NCBI GenBank assembly: GCA_035500505.1
Contig: DATJXE010000003.1
Span: 201,697 to 265,696 of the forward strand
Direction of reading: 5' to 3'
Length of the DNA: 64,000 nt
Source: Minisyncoccota bacterium
GTDB lineage: Bacteria; Patescibacteriota; Minisyncoccia; Phycocordibacterales; UBA2100
This document shows positions 1 to 8,889 of this stretch, one piece after another. Numbering within the stretch: position 1 is the first letter of the stretch; each line of letters starts with the position of its first letter. Made by a program: the position numbers and the translations under genes. Below the pieces are notes generated by a model. That model saw only the letters and a list, made by a program, of their open reading frames with translations. It did not search any database and was not told the origin of the DNA.

Positions 1-46
1 AACATCAATGGCTATAACTCCTTGCAGGTCCTGCTGAGCCCGTAAT

Positions 47-667
47 ATGAAAACTTCTCGCGCGTTCACGCTGATAGAAACACTCGTGACGATAGCGGTA
101 TTCGGACTGCTCATGGTCGTCGCGGCAGACCTTCTGCGCATCATTTTTACGAACTCTACGACGAATCCGAACGCGTTGAATGCCGTAGACCAGGCCCAAG
201 CTGCGGCGACGAACTTCGTTAATCAGATCCGCGATGCCGCGTATGGCAACGACGGCTCGTACCCGCTGAACGAAGCTTCGACGACGGAGATCATTTTCTT
301 CTCGCCGTACGGTACCGGCTCTTCAACGACCGTCGACCGCATCCGCTACTACCTGTCCGGAACGACGCTCTACGAAGGAGTGATCGTGCCCAGCGGTTCG
401 CCCTCGTCCTACAACTCTGGAAATGAAAAGGTCACGGGCGTAGTGACCGGCGTGTCCGGCGTTGGCACCTCGACCATTTTCTACTACTACGGAGGCACCT
501 ATGCTGGCACCTCGACACCCATCTCGCAGCCGGTCAACGTCAACCAAGTGACCTACGTCAGGCTCAATTTGTCAGTACAACTGAAAGAAGTGCGCGGACA
601 GGGCGCAACGTCCTCCATCTCGACCGGCGCGGCTATACGCAACCTCAAGACCAACTTGGGAAATTAG
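47..667 (+). CDS. Type IV pilin-like protein (prepilin N-terminal cleavage/methylation domain)
   Basis: N-terminus 'SRAFTLIETLVTIAVFGLL' matches the class III signal and conserved Glu+5 hydrophobic helix of type IV pilins/pseudopilins. Confidence 0.7.
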   Translation: MKTSRAFTLIETLVTIAVFGLLMVVAADLLRIIFTNSTTNPNALNAVDQAQAAATNFVNQIRDAAYGNDGSYPLNEASTTEIIFFSPYGTGSSTTVDRIRYYLSGTTLYEGVIVPSGSPSSYNSGNEKVTGVVTGVSGVGTSTIFYYYGGTYAGTSTPISQPVNVNQVTYVRLNLSVQLKEVRGQGATSSISTGAAIRNLKTNLGN

Positions 668-668
668 T

Positions 669-2069
669 ATGGGAACAAAAACAAGTGAACGCGGCGACGT
701 AATGATACTGGTGCTTCTTCTTATTGCGATCGTCTCGCTCATCCTGCTCCCGTTCTTCAACGTGATCGCCAAGGAATTGAGCGTCGCAAAGACGCGCATC
801 GATCGCGAGGAAGCCTTGCAGATAGCGGAGGCGGGAGTTGATTACTACCAGTGGCATCTCGCGCATTATCCCGCCGACTACCAGGACGGTACCGGACACG
901 CGGGCCCCTACGTGCACGTTTATACCGACCTCGATACGCAGCAGACCTTGGGGTCTTACAGTTTGGCTATCACGCCGCCTTCAACTGGTTCCACTATCGT
1001 CACTATCCGATCCACGGGTTGGACGGCGGATAACCCGGCAGTGACGCGTACCGTAACCGCGAAATACGGCGTTCCGTCACTCGCACTGTTCTCGTTCTTG
1101 AGCAACGACATCATCTGGATCGGGAGCGATGAAACCGTGAGCGGTCAAATGCAGTCGAACAACGGTGTACGCTTCGATGGCACGACCAACGCGCCGGTCA
1201 TGTCGGCTAAATCCACCTACACATGCCCCTCAGGACAAGGTTCTCCATGCCCTACAACCGAAAACGGCGTCTGGGGCTCCGCTTCGCAAGCCATCAAGGC
1301 GTTCTGGCAGTATCCGGTCCCCGCGGTCGACTTTTCTTCTCTTACGTCCAACCTCGCGAGCCTCAAATCGACGGCCCAGGCGGAGACGGGCGGCACCTAT
1401 TACCTTTCGCCATCCAACGCGCAGGGTTATTCGCTTGTTTTCAATTCAGCTGGCACCGTGAGCGTCTATAAAGTAACGTCGCTCCAAAGTGATCCGACGG
1501 GGTGGGACGTAAATAACAACGCAATAAACACCAGTAGTGATTACAGGAACCGAACATTCTTATATACAGAACCTATTCCTGCGAACGGCATTTTTTATAT
1601 TGAGGACAAGGTATGGGTCGAGGGTACGGTGAAAGGACGCGTCATGGTCGCTGCGGCGGCGTTGCCGTACAACGCCTCGACTGCTCCCACGATCTACATT
1701 CCCAATAACGTTATCTACGCAGCCAAGGATGGAACCAATAGTCTCGGTCTTCTGGCTCAGCAGAACGTCATCGTTTCCTACGGGGCACCGCAGAATTTGG
1801 AGGTTGACGGTGCGCTCATCGCACAGAACGGCAGTGTCGAGTTCCTGTATTATCAGAACGACAGAGCCCTCAAGAATTCGATAACCGTCTATGGCTCCAT
1901 CATGACCTACGGCCAGTGGACCTGGACGTGGGTGGACGGGAACAATAACGACGTTTCCGGCTACGCGACGACCAACGATACGTACGACAGCAATCTTCTC
2001 TATGCTCCGCCGCCGTCATTCCCGCTCTCAACATCCGGATATAAGCAATTGAGCTGGTACTCTAACTGA
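669..2069 (+). CDS. PilX-like minor pilin / pilus assembly protein
   Basis: N-terminal TM helix followed by 'REEALQIAEAGVDYY', resembling the PilX N-terminal domain. It starts 2 nt after the pilin stop. Confidence 0.45.
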   Translation: MGTKTSERGDVMILVLLLIAIVSLILLPFFNVIAKELSVAKTRIDREEALQIAEAGVDYYQWHLAHYPADYQDGTGHAGPYVHVYTDLDTQQTLGSYSLAITPPSTGSTIVTIRSTGWTADNPAVTRTVTAKYGVPSLALFSFLSNDIIWIGSDETVSGQMQSNNGVRFDGTTNAPVMSAKSTYTCPSGQGSPCPTTENGVWGSASQAIKAFWQYPVPAVDFSSLTSNLASLKSTAQAETGGTYYLSPSNAQGYSLVFNSAGTVSVYKVTSLQSDPTGWDVNNNAINTSSDYRNRTFLYTEPIPANGIFYIEDKVWVEGTVKGRVMVAAAALPYNASTAPTIYIPNNVIYAAKDGTNSLGLLAQQNVIVSYGAPQNLEVDGALIAQNGSVEFLYYQNDRALKNSITVYGSIMTYGQWTWTWVDGNNNDVSGYATTNDTYDSNLLYAPPPSFPLSTSGYKQLSWYSN

Positions 2070-2071
2070 TT

Positions 2072-2371
2072 ATGAAGCTTGCGCAGTTTCCCAATGGTCA
2101 ATCCTTGCAGCCACTCCCGGCGCAGGTGCATGCGGACACGTCCGAAAGTTTGCAACGCAACGCGACCCCTGCTGATACGGTACATATTGAAAATGCCCCC
2201 GTGCCCGTGCAAGCTCCCGCTCCGACCATCGACGCCGGCGCAGCGCCGCAGGGATTCAACGTCACACAATCGGTCAACTCGTTCGGCTCGGCTGCGCCGT
2301 GGGCTCTCCTTGTACTTGCGCTTCTCGCCGTTGCCGGAGGAGTACGATTGTGGAAATCGTTCGTCGAGTAA
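2072..2371 (+). CDS. Hypothetical small protein with C-terminal TM anchor
   Basis: ORF starts 3 nt after the PilX stop. Low-complexity Pro/Ala-rich region then a hydrophobic C-terminus. Weak support. Confidence 0.3.
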   Translation: MKLAQFPNGQSLQPLPAQVHADTSESLQRNATPADTVHIENAPVPVQAPAPTIDAGAAPQGFNVTQSVNSFGSAAPWALLVLALLAVAGGVRLWKSFVE

Positions 2372-2379
2372 GCGGGTAC

Positions 2380-2458
2380 CGAATGCGGCACAGCAAATTC
2401 ATTGTCTGTGAGACTTTCGCACAACATTCTCGACAATGAATTTGCTGTGCCGCATTCG
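2380..2458. repeat. Perfect 27-bp inverted repeat (arms 2380-2406 and 2432-2458, 25-nt loop)
   Basis: cgaatgcggcacagcaaattcattgtc ... gacaatgaatttgctgtgccgcattcg, read directly. It starts 9 nt after a stop codon and lies upstream of the tpiA promoter. Confidence 0.85.
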
Positions 2459-2468
2459 AGACGTCCCA

Positions 2469-2487
2469 TGCTACAATTCTGCAAATG
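2469..2487 (+). promoter_or_regulatory. Extended -10 (TGCTACAAT) 7 nt upstream of tpiA ATG (leaderless-type promoter)
   Basis: TGCTACAAT-tctgcaa-ATG. The same architecture recurs at several other genes in the window. Confidence 0.45.
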
Positions 2488-3231
2488 AAAACGACTCTCG
2501 TCGCGAACTGGAAGATGAATCCTCAGTCGATGCGCGAGGCGAAGAAACTTTTTGAAGTGACGAGGAAGGCGGCCGAAGTCGCAAAAGATGTTTCGGTCAT
2601 CGTCGCGCCGCCATCCGTCTTTTTGCGGGAGCTCGCGACGGGATACAAAGGCAAAAAAGCTTCATTCGCCGCCCAGAACGCACATTTTGAGAAGGGCGGT
2701 GCGTACACCGGAGAAATTTCCATGCAGGAAGTGAAGGATTCGAGGGCTTCTGCCGTCATCATCGGCCACGCTGAGCGCCGAGCGATGGGAGAGACCAACG
2801 AAGACACGCGAGCGAAGGTGCTCGCCGCGCTCGCCCAGAAATTGCACCCCATTTTTTGTGTGGGCGAACACAAACGCTCCGGCTCCGGCGAGCACTTTCT
2901 GTTCGTCAAAGAACAGCTGCGCGCCGGGCTCTCCGATATTACGCCCGGGAACCTCTCGAAGATCCTCATCGCGTACGAGCCGGTGTGGGCGATCGGCGCC
3001 GACAAGGCGATGTCACCCAGACAGATGCACGAAATGGCCATATTCATCAGAAAATCCATCGTCGCGATGCATGGTGATAAGGGCATGAGAATCAAAATAC
3101 TCTACGGGGGCTCGATAGATGAGGGCAACGCGCGCGAAATGATCGTCGAAGGAGACGTGCAGGGACTCCTGGTCGGGCGGGCTTCAACCGATGCGGAAAA
3201 GTTCGCCGCACTCATCAAGTCGCTGGCATGA
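2485..3231 (+). CDS. tpiA: Triosephosphate isomerase
   Basis: 'VANWKMN' N-terminal TIM signature, 'AYEPVWAIG' active-site region, 248 aa. Confidence 0.9.
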   Translation: MKTTLVANWKMNPQSMREAKKLFEVTRKAAEVAKDVSVIVAPPSVFLRELATGYKGKKASFAAQNAHFEKGGAYTGEISMQEVKDSRASAVIIGHAERRAMGETNEDTRAKVLAALAQKLHPIFCVGEHKRSGSGEHFLFVKEQLRAGLSDITPGNLSKILIAYEPVWAIGADKAMSPRQMHEMAIFIRKSIVAMHGDKGMRIKILYGGSIDEGNAREMIVEGDVQGLLVGRASTDAEKFAALIKSLA

Positions 3232-4364
3232 AATGCATCAATGAAATTCCCCCGGGCGAGCTGAAAGGCAAGCGCGTCGTCTTGCGCAGCGACTTCAACG
3301 TACCGCTCGATAGGGCCGGCAAAGCTTCCGACGTGTTCCGGCTCAAAAAAGGCTGGGCAACGGTCGAATACCTTTCAAAAGCGGGGGCGAAGGTCATCGT
3401 TCTCTCGCACATTGGCCGTGATCCGGGAGAATCGCTCGCGCCGGTCGCCGAGGCGTTGAAGCAATTCGGTACGGTCCACTACGTCCAAGACCTTCTCGGT
3501 CCAGCAGCGCGCAGCGCGGTCTCCGCCATAGCCGAAGGGGAGATCGTCCTGCTCGAAAATTTGCGGAGCGACCCGCGCGAAACCGCCAACGACGAGAGTC
3601 TCGCCAAAGAGCTTGCCGCGCTCGGTGAGGCATATGTCGATGATGCGTTCGCCGCGGCACACCGAGCCCACGCATCCATAGTTGGCATCCCGAAATTCCT
3701 CCCACACTATGCCGGCATACTTTTGTGCGAGGAGGTGAGGGCACTGAACGCAGCGCGAACTCCCTCTACGCCCTCTTTCGCCATTCTTGGCGGCGCAAAA
3801 TTCGAGACCAAGGCACCGCTCATCAAGTCACTTCTCGCGGCGTATGATCACCTCTTCCTGACCGGCGCGCTTGCAAATGATGTGTTCAAGGCGAAGGGCC
3901 TGCCCGTGGGCATTTCGCTCGTTTCCAAAGAATTGCCTGGGCAAGATGTTCTGAACCATCCACACTTCCTCGCACCCGTGGACGTCACTTCTGAATTGCC
4001 CAACAAACAGGCCCGAGTAGAGAAGCCCGAGCAGGTCGGTGCGGACGAAAAAATCGTCGACATTGGCCCCGATTCGATCGCGCTCATCGCGCCATACATC
4101 GAGCGTGCCAGTTTCATTCTCTGGAACGGACCGACCGGCATATATGAGAGCGGTTACACGCATTACACGCAGACGATAGCCCAGCTCATCGAACAAGCAG
4201 TAGCGCGCGGCGCAAAGGCAGTCATCGGCGGCGGCGACACCATCGCTTCAATACAAGAAAGCGGCATAGATGAATCGAAGGTCGGATTTCTCTCGACCGG
4301 TGGCGGCGCCATGCTCGAGTATTTGTTGCAAGGGACGCTGCCGGGGATAGACGCACTGAACTAG
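3228..4364 (+). CDS. pgk: Phosphoglycerate kinase
   Basis: 'RVVLRSDFNVPLD' N-terminal PGK signature, 378 aa. ATGA overlap with the tpiA stop. Confidence 0.9.
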   Translation: MKCINEIPPGELKGKRVVLRSDFNVPLDRAGKASDVFRLKKGWATVEYLSKAGAKVIVLSHIGRDPGESLAPVAEALKQFGTVHYVQDLLGPAARSAVSAIAEGEIVLLENLRSDPRETANDESLAKELAALGEAYVDDAFAAAHRAHASIVGIPKFLPHYAGILLCEEVRALNAARTPSTPSFAILGGAKFETKAPLIKSLLAAYDHLFLTGALANDVFKAKGLPVGISLVSKELPGQDVLNHPHFLAPVDVTSELPNKQARVEKPEQVGADEKIVDIGPDSIALIAPYIERASFILWNGPTGIYESGYTHYTQTIAQLIEQAVARGAKAVIGGGDTIASIQESGIDESKVGFLSTGGGAMLEYLLQGTLPGIDALN

Positions 4365-4410
4365 TTGCATTTATTCCGGCATCCTATTCAATGAAAAGAG
4401 GGAGGATAAC

Positions 4411-4542
4411 ATGAAACCGTACAGCACGTTCCCCCGGGAACGAATGACGAGTTTAGATGTCGCTTTCGCGATCGTCCTCATCGTGGGCATCACGGGAATT
4501 CTTGTCGGCCTGAGTAATGGTCAGGTTCCCTGGCCCTTTTAG
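4411..4542 (+). CDS. Small membrane protein (43 aa)
   Basis: Strong SD (GGGAGG) 7 nt upstream of ATG. Single TM helix 'VAFAIVLIVGITGILVGL'. Below the ORF-track size cutoff. Confidence 0.35.
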   Translation: MKPYSTFPRERMTSLDVAFAIVLIVGITGILVGLSNGQVPWPF

Positions 4543-4557
4543 CGGGGTTGAGATGAG

Positions 4558-4683
4558 ATGAGTCACCAGATACGAGAGACCATAATCAGGGCGGACTGGG
4601 GCGAGAAAGTCGTTACGGTCCTGGCCGCGAGCGCGGCAGTCTTCGTCATCGCGGCGATTGCCCTTCTGATGGGCACGATCTGA
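4558..4683 (+). CDS. Small membrane protein (41 aa)
   Basis: Lies in tandem with the previous small ORF. TM helix 'VVTVLAASAAVFVIAAIALLMG'. Confidence 0.3.
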   Translation: MSHQIRETIIRADWGEKVVTVLAASAAVFVIAAIALLMGTI

Positions 4684-4742
4684 AACGTTTCCAGTCAGTC
4701 TCGAACAAATGCACATGGCGCCACTCTCGGCGCCATGTATGT

Positions 4743-5153
4743 TTATCTCAACGCAGTGCGAAGTTTTTCTGCCGTTTGATCGGCTTCGCCTTCCAGATAT
4801 GAGCGTTGCGGCATGAGTTTGAGGCCGTCTCCTTTGAAGCGGGGGATGACGTGCACGTGCGGGTGGTGAACGACTTGCCCGGCATGTTCGCGATTGTTCA
4901 TACCGATGTTGACCCCGTCGGCTTTGAGTGTTTTTTCTATCGCTATCGCTATCTTACGCACCGCTTCCGTGACGGCTTGCCAATCCTCTGGAGCGATATC
5001 AAAGATGTTGGTCGAGTGTTTTTTTGGTATTACGAGGGTGTGTCCTGCGTTCACTGGGCGAATGTCGAGGAACGCGAGCGTCTTCTCGTCCTCGTACACC
5101 TTGTAACTAGGAAGTTCCCCGCGCACTATTTTGCAGAAGATACAGTCAGGCAT
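4743..5153 (-). CDS. HIT family protein (histidine triad nucleotide-binding)
   Basis: 'HHPHVHVIPR' histidine triad plus 'CIFCKIV' N-terminus. Start placed at MPDCIFCK; a -10 TATACT lies 6 nt upstream. Confidence 0.8.
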   Translation of the reverse strand: MPDCIFCKIVRGELPSYKVYEDEKTLAFLDIRPVNAGHTLVIPKKHSTNIFDIAPEDWQAVTEAVRKIAIAIEKTLKADGVNIGMNNREHAGQVVHHPHVHVIPRFKGDGLKLMPQRSYLEGEADQTAEKLRTALR

Positions 5154-5214
5154 AGCGAAAGTATAGCCCGCCCGTACCGAATGGTACATTCGGGCGGATG
5201 CTACAATTCGTTGA
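5154..5214. promoter_or_regulatory. Divergent HIT/recJ promoter region with imperfect palindrome
   Basis: GCTATACT (minus) and TGCTACAAT (plus) elements sit 6-7 nt from the respective ATGs. They flank ccgcccgtaccgaatggtacattcgggcgg (7-bp outer arms, inner gtacc/ggtac). Confidence 0.35.
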
Positions 5215-6891
5215 ATGGAAGTATCCGAACTCGTGCGCTCCCTCCTCTCAAAAAGAAGTATCGAGTCGGAGCTCGACATCGCCGCATTCCTGAATCCCGA
5301 CTACGACCTGCACACCCACGACCCATTTCTGCTGAAAGACATGGACGTAGCGGTCGCGCGGTTGCTATCAGCCATCGAGAGGAGTGAACACGCGGCCGTA
5401 TACGCCGATTTCGACTGTGACGGCATACCGGGAGCGGCAATTTTGTCTGATTTTTTTGAAAAAATCGGATATAAAAATTATGAAGTTTACTTGCCGCATC
5501 GCGACAGGGAGGGGTACGGCTTTCACCTCGACGCGATAGACGCGCTCGCGGCGCGCGGGGTGACGCTCATCATTACAATTGACGTCGGCACGACGGCGGT
5601 AGAGGCCGTCGCACACGCGAAACGAAAGGGGATCGACGTCATCGTTACCGACCATCACGAGATCCCGGGTGCTCTGCCTGACGCGGTAGCAATTCTCAAT
5701 CCGAAACTCGCTCCGTATCCGTTCGGGGGATTGTGTGGCGCAGCTGTCGCGTTCAAGTTCGCATGTGCGACGTTGCGAGAAGGGAAACAACGCGCGCTGC
5801 CCGCGTTCGCGTCCATCCAAGACGGCTGGGAAAAGTGGCTCTTGGACCTGGTCGCCATCGCCACCATCGCAGACATGGTCCCGCTCGTCGGAGAGAATCG
5901 CACACTCGCGTTTTGGGGCTTGCAGGTGTTGCGCAAATCCCCGCGGCTCGGTATTTCGGCTCTGTGCAATAAACTGCGCCTGCGCAAAGCGGAATTGACC
6001 GAGGACGACATTGGATTTTCCCTCGCTCCCCGCATCAACGCGGCTTCGCGCATGGACGACCCAGAACTTGCCCTTAGACTTTTGACGACGCACGATGCCG
6101 CTCAAGCCGATGCGCTTGCCGCGCAACTCGAGTCGCTCAATACGAAACGCAAAGGTCAATCGGGCGCCATCGTTCGCGAAGCAAAACGCCGCGCGCGCGA
6201 CAGGTTCCGCAAAGAAGAACAAGTCGTCGTTTTGGGCAACCCCGAATGGAAACCGGCGCTCCTCGGTCTTGCAGCCAACTCCGTCGTCGAAGAGCGCGGA
6301 GGAGTCGTGTGCCTGTGGGGCCGCGATGCGCTCGGCCGCCTGAAAGGTTCATGCCGCTCCGACGGCTCGCTTTCGGTCGTTGAATTGTTCTCCAACTCGA
6401 ACATTTTCGAAGAATTTGGCGGGCACGCAAAAAGCGGAGGATTTTCCGTTTCCCATGAGCGCGTGCACGAGTTGCAAGAAGCACTCGCAAGTGCAGCGGC
6501 CGCCTGTGCGACCACTGTTCTTCAGGAAACTGCCCAGCACGACGCCAGGATCACGCTTTCCGAGATCTCCCGACGGCTTTTCGACGAGATCTCTTCTCTT
6601 GCCCCTTTCGGTATCGAAAACCCGAAGCCAGTCTTTCTTATCGAGAAAGCGACGGTCACGGCGGTCCGTGCGTTCGGCAAAGAGAAGAATCACATCGAGT
6701 TGACCCTCGATGGCGACTGTTTCGCCCCCGTGCGTGCGTTCGATTTTTTCAGGCGGGCCGAGCAGTTTTCCCTTGCTCCCCAGGTCGGAAGTCCTGCAAA
6801 AGTATTGGCAACCATCGAGCGCGACTCGTTCCGTGGCGGTCTCGCGCTCCGGCTCGTCGACATCCTCGCTGTGGATGACTCTCGGAAGTAG
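5215..6891 (+). CDS. recJ: Single-stranded-DNA-specific exonuclease RecJ
   Basis: DHH motifs 'DFDCDGI' and 'TDHHE', DHHA1-like C-terminal part, 558 aa. Confidence 0.85.
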   Translation: MEVSELVRSLLSKRSIESELDIAAFLNPDYDLHTHDPFLLKDMDVAVARLLSAIERSEHAAVYADFDCDGIPGAAILSDFFEKIGYKNYEVYLPHRDREGYGFHLDAIDALAARGVTLIITIDVGTTAVEAVAHAKRKGIDVIVTDHHEIPGALPDAVAILNPKLAPYPFGGLCGAAVAFKFACATLREGKQRALPAFASIQDGWEKWLLDLVAIATIADMVPLVGENRTLAFWGLQVLRKSPRLGISALCNKLRLRKAELTEDDIGFSLAPRINAASRMDDPELALRLLTTHDAAQADALAAQLESLNTKRKGQSGAIVREAKRRARDRFRKEEQVVVLGNPEWKPALLGLAANSVVEERGGVVCLWGRDALGRLKGSCRSDGSLSVVELFSNSNIFEEFGGHAKSGGFSVSHERVHELQEALASAAAACATTVLQETAQHDARITLSEISRRLFDEISSLAPFGIENPKPVFLIEKATVTAVRAFGKEKNHIELTLDGDCFAPVRAFDFFRRAEQFSLAPQVGSPAKVLATIERDSFRGGLALRLVDILAVDDSRK

Positions 6892-6894
6892 GGA

Positions 6895-7605
6895 TTAGCC
6901 GGTGTTCCGCCATAGCAGACAGCGGGCGAAGGAGATCAACATCGCGAACCCATCGCGTGCGCGGATTTTTTTCCCGTGCGCGAAATCCCGCGGCTCGTAC
7001 GACACCGGTACGTCGCGGATAGACCGTCCATTCAGGAGCAAAAGCGTCGTGACTTCCATATCGAAGTCGAACCCATTACCGCGAAGCGATAGTGACTTGA
7101 GAGTCTTGGCATTGAAAAGTTTATATCCCGTCCCGATATCCCGCAGATGCGCCGAGAAAACAACATTTACGAGTTCAGTTAATGCCCAATTGCCGAGAGC
7201 ATAGAACGAGTTCCGCTTATGCGGATCGTTCTTCCGCGTACCATACACGGCCGCGGCTTTCGTGCGTTCGATCTGTGAGAGCAGAGCAGGGATGTCCTTC
7301 GGGCGATACTCAAGGTCGGCATCCTGAATGACCACGTACTCGCCGCTTGCCGCCACAAGAGCGGTGCGTATCGCAGCGCCTTTGCCGCGACTGCGAGGGT
7401 GTTCCAGGTAATGAATTTGGGGAAAGAACGGTTCCAGTGCTCGTTTGGTCCCGTCTGTCGAGCCATCATTGACGAGGATGACCTCTTTTTCCCATCCCAG
7501 CAGGGGTTGCGCTAATACCTCACGCAAGATGGTCGCAATGGTGTCCTCTTCGTTGAACACGGGAATTATGACAGAGAGGAGCCGCATAATCAGGCGTCTT
7601 CGCAT
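6895..7605 (-). CDS. Family 2 glycosyltransferase (polyprenol-phosphate sugar transferase-like)
   Basis: 'VIIPVFNEE', 'LVNDGSTDGT', 'VVIQDADLEY' GT2 motifs. Convergent with recJ, with the stops 3 nt apart. Confidence 0.8.
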   Translation of the reverse strand: MRRRLIMRLLSVIIPVFNEEDTIATILREVLAQPLLGWEKEVILVNDGSTDGTKRALEPFFPQIHYLEHPRSRGKGAAIRTALVAASGEYVVIQDADLEYRPKDIPALLSQIERTKAAAVYGTRKNDPHKRNSFYALGNWALTELVNVVFSAHLRDIGTGYKLFNAKTLKSLSLRGNGFDFDMEVTTLLLLNGRSIRDVPVSYEPRDFAHGKKIRARDGFAMLISFARCLLWRNTG

Positions 7606-7719
7606 TCATCCATATGTACCGGCGAATTCTATATAACTCCCGGTCGGTCAGCAAACATATTCTCCGGACTGTTCCACACACAGGATGTTTTTTTACTCAC
7701 AGCGTGCTACGCTCAAGAC

Positions 7720-8445
7720 ATGGAATTCTCAGCAGAGGCGAGCATCCGCTTGGGGTGGGAAACCTTCAAAAAGCGCCCGTGGTTTTTGATAGGCGTGCCA
7801 CTTCTCGCCGTTATCATCGTGGGCATCGTCAGCGCGGCGTTCGGCGAACTGCAAAAACTCGGCGCTGTTTTCGCCCTGTTGGTGTTCGTCGCGAACATAT
7901 ACGTGACGACGGTATACAAAATGGGGGCTACCAACTTCGTGCTGAAAGCGGTCGAAAATACCGAAACGCTGCAAGTCATGGACTATTGGCAACCGCACCC
8001 GTTCTGGAGATACCTTGGCGCAGGTATTCTTGTTGGGCTTTGCGTTCTGGCGGCGTTTATTCTGGCACTCGTTCTTTCCGGTCTTATCGCCGGGGTCGGA
8101 TACGCGATTGCGGGCAGTGCGGCGGCCGGCGTCTGGTTCGTCATCGCGCTCGTGCCGCTTTCGATAGTGTTCGTAGGCCTCGTCGCGATCGCGCTTGTTT
8201 TTGTTCGCTACCTCGTAATTGCCCGGGGACTCGGCCCGGTGGAAGCTCTTGAGGAGAGCGCTCGCATCACAAAAAGCCATCGGTGGGGCATTCTCTGGTT
8301 CTTGGTCCTCTGCTTGTTGCTGAACGTGCTTGGCCTCGTCTGCCTCATTGTCGGCCTCCTGGTGACCATTCCGGTCACATCGTTGGCGCTCGTGCACGCA
8401 TACCGCACGTTGGAGCAAAAAGCAGGTTCCTCCGTGATGGCATAA
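7720..8445 (+). CDS. Hypothetical polytopic membrane protein
   Basis: Six or more hydrophobic helices and no recognisable catalytic motif. A TGCTACGCT -10-like element lies 6 nt upstream of the ATG. Confidence 0.45.
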   Translation: MEFSAEASIRLGWETFKKRPWFLIGVPLLAVIIVGIVSAAFGELQKLGAVFALLVFVANIYVTTVYKMGATNFVLKAVENTETLQVMDYWQPHPFWRYLGAGILVGLCVLAAFILALVLSGLIAGVGYAIAGSAAAGVWFVIALVPLSIVFVGLVAIALVFVRYLVIARGLGPVEALEESARITKSHRWGILWFLVLCLLLNVLGLVCLIVGLLVTIPVTSLALVHAYRTLEQKAGSSVMA

Positions 8446-8446
8446 C

Positions 8447-8857
8447 ATGCCGAAGGTCGTCATCTACACCGACGGCGGTGCGCGCGGCAACCCCGGGCCT
8501 GCCGGGGCCGGCGTTGTTATTCAAGATGCCGCAAAAACATACGAATTCAAGAAATTTCTCGGCGAGAAACGGACAAATAACTGGGCAGAATACGAGGCTG
8601 TAGCGTTCGCGCTTGAAGAAGCAAAAAAGATCGGACTTGCCGGTCGCAGTATTGAATTTCGCCTCGACAGCCAACTCGTCGCCGAGCAACTTTCGGGCAA
8701 TTGGAAAATAAAAGAACCCGCGCTCAAGTCCCAAGCCGCAAAAGTCCGCGCGCTCCTTGCGGATTTTCCATCCAGAAAATTCGTCTACGTTCCGCGTGAG
8801 CAAAACAAAGAGGCGGACAGACTCGTGAACGAGGCGATAGATGGGGCAGGTGCATAG
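8447..8857 (+). CDS. rnhA: Ribonuclease HI
   Basis: 'IYTDGGARGNPGPAG', 'NNWAEYEA', 'REQNKEADRLVNEA' RNase H fold catalytic motifs. Confidence 0.8.
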   Translation: MPKVVIYTDGGARGNPGPAGAGVVIQDAAKTYEFKKFLGEKRTNNWAEYEAVAFALEEAKKIGLAGRSIEFRLDSQLVAEQLSGNWKIKEPALKSQAAKVRALLADFPSRKFVYVPREQNKEADRLVNEAIDGAGA

Positions 8858-8889
8858 CAGGCGATTTCTTATTGGTACAATTTTGATAA

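Noticed and set aside
2098-2484. 128-aa minus-strand ORF overlapping the 2072-2371 ORF and the 27-bp inverted repeat
   Set aside because: It spans an obvious hairpin element and the tpiA promoter, and is Cys/Ala-rich shadow-like. The plus-strand small ORF is also weak and is flagged with low confidence.
5368-6222. 284-aa minus-strand ORF
   Set aside because: Antisense shadow of recJ.
7729-8463. 244-aa minus-strand ORF
   Set aside because: Antisense to the polytopic membrane protein gene. Acidic/Arg-rich composition with no TM logic.
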